Source: Thiotrichaceae bacterium UBA7357 (GTDB lineage: Bacteria; Pseudomonadota; Gammaproteobacteria; Eutrophobiales; Eutrophobiaceae). Taken from it: a stretch of DNA of 64,000 bases. The position numbers and the translations under genes were made by a program. The notes beneath the pieces are model-generated. The model did not search any database, had not been told where the DNA came from, and saw only the letters and a list, made by a program, of their open reading frames with translations. Numbering within the stretch: position 1 is the first letter of the stretch; every line of letters begins with the position of its first letter. Shown one piece after another: positions 60,169 to 64,000 of the stretch. The stretch spans positions 47,651 to 111,650 of the forward strand of contig DKOR01000023.1 of assembly GCA_002470825.1 (NCBI GenBank). The letters run 5' to 3'.

Positions 60169-60729
60169 CTAAATATCGTTTTTCCATTTTATAGAGCAAC
60201 CAATACTAGGAATCTGATGTTTTGGTCCTTTTCCTGTATTTGCGACATTAATCATAGCTTTAAGGAGGTCATGATTGTTAGTGTTCGAGAGTGTTTTCAT
60301 TCCGCTATCATCAAGCCTCCCTCGATATTGTAATTCCAGTGATGAGTTGTAACCAAAAAAATCTGGTGTGCAGCGCGCATCATAAGCCTTGGCGACTTCT
60401 TGTGACTGATCCCATAAATATGGGAATGGGTAATTAAACTTAGTTGCCACTTTTTGCATGTTTTCTAAAGAATCTTCAGGGTGATCATCAGGGTCGTTTG
60501 ACATGATGGCAACACTTTTAATTCCGACGTCGATTAGTTTTAATACATCAACAACAAGCCTTCTCTGTATAGCTTTTACATAAGGACAATGATTGCAAAT
60601 AAACATAATCAGTGTTCCATTTCCGCCTGTAAAGTCAGTTAACGACCACTCTTTTCCGTTTGTGTCAGTCAGATTAAATTTGAATGCTTTTTCACCAAAG
60701 TTACAAGACGGGGTTTCCATCAACACCAT
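60169..60729 (-). CDS. thioredoxin-fold (AhpC/TSA-redoxin-like) protein
   Basis: GTLIMFICNHCPYV CxxC motif in a redoxin-type context. 186 aa with no signal peptide. Confidence 0.75.
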   Translation of the reverse strand: MVLMETPSCNFGEKAFKFNLTDTNGKEWSLTDFTGGNGTLIMFICNHCPYVKAIQRRLVVDVLKLIDVGIKSVAIMSNDPDDHPEDSLENMQKVATKFNYPFPYLWDQSQEVAKAYDARCTPDFFGYNSSLELQYRGRLDDSGMKTLSNTNNHDLLKAMINVANTGKGPKHQIPSIGCSIKWKNDI

Positions 60730-60871
60730 AATTTAGCTCTCCTTTTTCGGTATCTATGTTTTAAATATCAGCGTGTTTAAAAATATAACGTCATATTTCG
60801 TGCGGTAAAGCTCTAATGAGGATAGTATTCGTGCGTTTGAAATTTCTAATTATAACGTTTACGGAATAAAT

Positions 60872-62035
60872 ATGGCTAACAATTACTTATTCACTTCAGA
60901 GTCAGTTGCTGAAGGACATCCAGACAAGGTTGCAGATCAGATATCTGATGCGGTTGTTGATGCAATTTTTACTGACGATAAAATGGCACGTATTGCTTGT
61001 GAGACAATGGTCAATACAGGGATGGTCGTCCTCTCAGGGGAGATTACAACATCAACCTATGTTGATATGCAAGATATAGCTCGTCAGACAATCCGCGAAA
61101 TTGGCTATGATCATTCAGATATGGGTTTTGATTGGGAGTCTTGTGCAGTATTGGTCTCCATCGACAAACAGTCACCAGATATTGCTCAAGGCGTGAATGA
61201 AGGCGAAGGTCTAGATTTGAATCAAGGCGCTGGCGACCAAGGATTGATGTTTGGTTTTGCTTGTAATGAGACAGATGTCTTGATGCCTTTTCCTATTACA
61301 TATTCACACTTACTTGTTAAAAAGCAGGCCGAAGTTCGAAAAACAGGTAAATTAGCTTGGTTAAGACCCGACGCTAAATCACAGGTAACTGTTGCTTATG
61401 AAAATGGTAAGCCTACGTATATCGAGACAGTCGTGTTATCCACACAACATGATCCAAATATTGAGCATAAAGAGCTCGAACAAGCTGTTATCGAAGAGAT
61501 TATAAAACCGGTATTACCAGTCAATATGTTAACTGATAAGACGCGGTACCTTGTTAATCCTACTGGGCGTTTTGTTATCGGAGGACCTGTGGGTGACTGC
61601 GGTCTAACTGGGCGTAAAATTATTGTTGATACTTATGGAGGCATGGCTCGTCATGGAGGTGGTGCTTTTTCAGGCAAAGACCCTTCCAAAGTAGATCGTT
61701 CTGCTGCCTACGCAGCGCGTTATGTGGCTAAGAATATTGTTGCTGCCGGTTTTGCTGATCGTTGTGAGTTACAATTGTCCTATGCAATCGGCGTTGCAAA
61801 GCCAACCTCAATTAGTATCGAGACGTTTGGTACAGGCAAGATTGAAGAATCAAAATTGATTGATGCTATAAGACGAGTTTTTGATCTCCGTCCCAAAGGT
61901 ATTATCAACATGCTAGATCTTTTAAGACCGATCTATCGTCAAACCGCTGCCTATGGTCATTTTGGTCGTTGCGATATTAATTTGCCTTGGGAAAAGACGG
62001 ATAAGGTAGATGCGCTGCGTGATATTCTATTATAG
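60872..62035 (+). CDS. metK: S-adenosylmethionine synthase
   Basis: [46 protein letters not shown] and [11 protein letters not shown]. Confidence 0.96.
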   Translation: MANNYLFTSESVAEGHPDKVADQISDAVVDAIFTDDKMARIACETMVNTGMVVLSGEITTSTYVDMQDIARQTIREIGYDHSDMGFDWESCAVLVSIDKQSPDIAQGVNEGEGLDLNQGAGDQGLMFGFACNETDVLMPFPITYSHLLVKKQAEVRKTGKLAWLRPDAKSQVTVAYENGKPTYIETVVLSTQHDPNIEHKELEQAVIEEIIKPVLPVNMLTDKTRYLVNPTGRFVIGGPVGDCGLTGRKIIVDTYGGMARHGGGAFSGKDPSKVDRSAAYAARYVAKNIVAAGFADRCELQLSYAIGVAKPTSISIETFGTGKIEESKLIDAIRRVFDLRPKGIINMLDLLRPIYRQTAAYGHFGRCDINLPWEKTDKVDALRDILL

Positions 62036-62127
62036 GCATGAATTTGGGTTCTTTGATTTTCTGATCATAACATCTTTGAATCTAAAAGCAGGAAGGAATA
62101 TACTACAATCTAGTTTTTCACAACCGT

Positions 62128-62204
62128 AGTTCTGAGGAGCGTTGCAACGGATTCTTAATCCGCTAGGCTCAGACAAGTACGGCACATTTGCAACGGCGCT
62201 CGCT
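62128..62204 (+). promoter_or_regulatory. SAH (S-adenosylhomocysteine) riboswitch in the ahcY leader
   Basis: The sequence is UCUGAGGAGCGUUGCAACGGAUUCUUAAUCCGCUAGGCUCAGA...GCAACGGCGCUCGC. GAGCGUUGC pairs with GCAACGGCGCUC, there is a hairpin GGAUU-cuu-AAUCC, and CUGAG/CUCAG form the pseudoknot. This matches the SAH element consensus as I recall it. It ends about 25 nt before the ahcY ATG. Confidence 0.75.
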
Positions 62205-62229
62205 TAATTGTTTTTATAGGAGAAACAAT

Positions 62230-63645
62230 ATGAGCGTAGCTGCTACATCTATTACACACGATTACCATGTTGCTGACATTTCTTTGGCTGATTGGGGGCA
62301 TAAAGAAATTCGTATCGCTGAAACTGAAATGCCCGGTCTCGTCTCTATTAGGGAAGAATATAAAACAGAAAAGCCTTTAAAAGGTGCTCGCATTGCTGGT
62401 TCATTGCATATGACTATTCAAACGGCTGTGTTGATAGAAACCTTATGTGCTTTAGGCGCGGAAGTGCGTTGGGTCTCTTGCAATATTTATTCGACTCAAG
62501 ATCATGCAGCAGCAGCGATGGCGGATCAAAATATTCCGGTGTTTGCCTATAAGGGCGAGACACTTGAAGAATACTGGGATTATACTCATCGTATAATGAA
62601 ATGGTCTGATGGCGGTTCGCCAAATATGATCTTGGATGACGGAGGTGATGCCACCATGCTTCTGATTTTAGGGACAAAAGCAGAAAGTGATATATCTGTT
62701 CTTGATAATCCTGGCTCGGAAGAAGAGACATTTTTGTTTGCTTCAATAAAAAATAAACTTTCTGAAGATAAAACCTTTTATTCTCGTACCCTCGCTTGTA
62801 TTCAAGGTGTAACAGAAGAAACCACAACAGGCGTACAACGGCTGTATCAAATGCAAAAGAAAGGTGACTTACCTTTTCCTGCGATAAATGTTAACGATTC
62901 TGTTACTAAATCTAAATTTGATAATTTGTATGGTTGTCGTGAATCTTTAGTCGATGGTATCAAGCGTGCTACCGATGTAATGATTGCAGGTAAGGTAGCA
63001 TTAGTTCTGGGCTATGGAGATGTTGGCAAGGGGAGCGCTCAGTCTCTTCGTGGTTTGGGTGCGACGGTCTGGATTACAGAAGTTGATCCTATATGCGCCT
63101 TACAAGCTGCAATGGAAGGTTATCGTGTTGTCAGGTTAGAAGACGTTGTTGATCAAATTGATATTTTTGTCACAACTACCGGCAATTTCAACATTATTCG
63201 CCATGATGATTTAGTTAAAATGAAAGATCAGGCTATTGTTTGTAATATCGGTCATTTTGATAATGAAATTGATATTGCTAGTCTCGAGCAATATGAATGG
63301 GAAGAAATTAAACCACAGGTGGATCATGTAATATTCCCTGATGGAACACGCATCATATTACTTGCTAAAGGGCGTTTAGTTAACCTGGGTTGTGGTACTG
63401 GGCATCCAAGTTTTGTTATGTCTAATTCATTCACCAACCAGGTATTAGCGCAAATTGAATTATTTGTTCGTGGCGAAAACTATGATAAAGACGTTTATGT
63501 CTTACCTAAACACCTTGACGAAAAGGTTGCTAGGCTTCACCTTGACAGAATCGGTGCAAAATTGACAGCACTCACTGAAGAGCAAGCAAGTTATATTAGC
63601 GTGCCGGTTGATGGACCTTATAAGCCTGATAATTATCGTTACTAA
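62230..63645 (+). CDS. ahcY: adenosylhomocysteinase
   Basis: ATG 62230 after aggaga. [25 protein letters not shown] site [10 protein letters not shown] and C-terminal [10 protein letters not shown]. The track start at 62188 lies inside the riboswitch and is rejected. Confidence 0.95.
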   Translation: MSVAATSITHDYHVADISLADWGHKEIRIAETEMPGLVSIREEYKTEKPLKGARIAGSLHMTIQTAVLIETLCALGAEVRWVSCNIYSTQDHAAAAMADQNIPVFAYKGETLEEYWDYTHRIMKWSDGGSPNMILDDGGDATMLLILGTKAESDISVLDNPGSEEETFLFASIKNKLSEDKTFYSRTLACIQGVTEETTTGVQRLYQMQKKGDLPFPAINVNDSVTKSKFDNLYGCRESLVDGIKRATDVMIAGKVALVLGYGDVGKGSAQSLRGLGATVWITEVDPICALQAAMEGYRVVRLEDVVDQIDIFVTTTGNFNIIRHDDLVKMKDQAIVCNIGHFDNEIDIASLEQYEWEEIKPQVDHVIFPDGTRIILLAKGRLVNLGCGTGHPSFVMSNSFTNQVLAQIELFVRGENYDKDVYVLPKHLDEKVARLHLDRIGAKLTALTEEQASYISVPVDGPYKPDNYRY

Positions 63646-63655
63646 TAACTGTCGT

Positions 63656-63678
63656 CTACCCTCTGCATAAGAGGGTAG
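63656..63678 (+). terminator. stem-loop between ahcY and metF (weak terminator or processing/attenuation hairpin)
   Basis: CTACCCTC-tgcataa-GAGGGTAG, an 8-bp perfect stem, lies 10 nt after the ahcY stop. The downstream tract tcatcttta is only moderately T-rich. Confidence 0.35.
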
Positions 63679-63717
63679 TCATCTTTACATTCATAGTATG
63701 TCTTATAGGATTCAATA

Positions 63718-64000
63718 ATGGAATCGCAAAAACAGTACAAACCAAAATTTAGTTTTGAGTTTTTTCCTCCCAAAACACGGCAAGCTGTTGAAAAATTACA
63801 AATGACAACCGAACGTTTGGCGCAGCTTAATCCCAGTTTCTTTTCGGTGACATTTGGAGCTGGTGGTAGTACACGCGAACGAACATTTGAGACCGTTATG
63901 GATATCTTTAAAAAAACTGGTATTGATGGCGTCCCACATGTTTCCTGTGTTGGAAGCACACTGGAGGAAATTCAAATAATACTCGATTCATATATTGAAG
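63718..64000 (+). CDS. metF: methylenetetrahydrofolate reductase, 3'-truncated by the window edge
   Basis: ATG 63718 gives MESQKQYKPKFSFEFFPPKTRQAVEKL...FFSVTFGAGGSTRERT. The frame is open to the window end, so it is absent from the ORF track. Confidence 0.85.
   Translation, partial: MESQKQYKPKFSFEFFPPKTRQAVEKLQMTTERLAQLNPSFFSVTFGAGGSTRERTFETVMDIFKKTGIDGVPHVSCVGSTLEEIQIILDSYIE

Noticed and set aside
62188-62229. Upstream TTG-initiated extension of ahcY ([14 protein letters not shown])
   Set aside because: It runs through the SAH riboswitch 3' arm. ATG 62230 has an aggaga RBS and matches canonical AhcY N-termini.
63642-63959. 105-aa minus-strand ORF
   Set aside because: It is antisense to the clear metF N-terminus (SFEFFPPKT, FGAGGSTR). 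metF is missing from the track only because it runs off the window.

Overview
The window reads as a visibly AT-rich (GC not computed) gammaproteobacterial chromosome segment. Gene order parallels core blocks I recall from Pseudomonas and E. coli, and almost everything is housekeeping.

Left to right:
- bioF(partial)-bioH-bioC-bioD.
- A complete aa3-type cytochrome c oxidase and biogenesis cluster: coxB with fused cytochrome c, coxA, an unlisted 40-codon membrane ORF, ctaG, coxC, an inverted DUF2909-like gene, SURF1, an SCO-like CxxxC protein, ctaA and ctaB.
- An msrB/msrA pair in which both proteins carry export signals.
- An AT-rich islet of about 3.8 kb: a decayed methyltransferase pseudogene, a MEKHLA protein, a GST, a cupin, an unlisted 48-aa YHYH-like secreted peptide and about 830 bp of non-coding DNA.
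- rpoH-ftsX-ftsE-ftsY, then an M16 peptidase pair, rsmD and coaD.
- ggt, an exported FGE/SUMF1-domain protein and mutM.
- A GldA/F/G-like ABC operon with a DUF4340-like gene, then a DesA-type desaturase.
- rpmG-rpmB, coaBC-dut-algC-argB-slmA, a DUF4124 protein, pyrE and xthA.
- 6S RNA downstream of zapA and a TIGR02449-like gene, then ygfB-pepP-ubiH-ubiI.
- glnS, purC, a beta carbonic anhydrase and yaiI.
- A second small islet: about 0.9 kb non-coding, a secreted cupin, a frameshifted ABM-like gene and an orphan 87-aa ORF.
- A tkt-gap-pgk-pyk-fba (class I) operon and a thioredoxin-like gene.
- metK, an SAH riboswitch, ahcY and metF (partial).

I saw no tRNA or rRNA genes, CRISPR arrays, IS elements, integrases or phage genes.

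I do not see convincing evidence for a wholly new multi-gene system. The best second-look candidates are:
- the exported MsrB/MsrA pair, possibly working with the SCO-like CxxxC protein at the end of the oxidase cluster;
- the GldAFG-like ABC plus DUF4340 operon;
- the small unlisted ORFs at 6330..6452 and 15727..15873;
- the A-run frameshift at about 52524..52527;
- the orphan ORF at the tail of the glycolytic operon.

All family assignments come from motif recognition by eye. RNA ends and several start codons are approximate.
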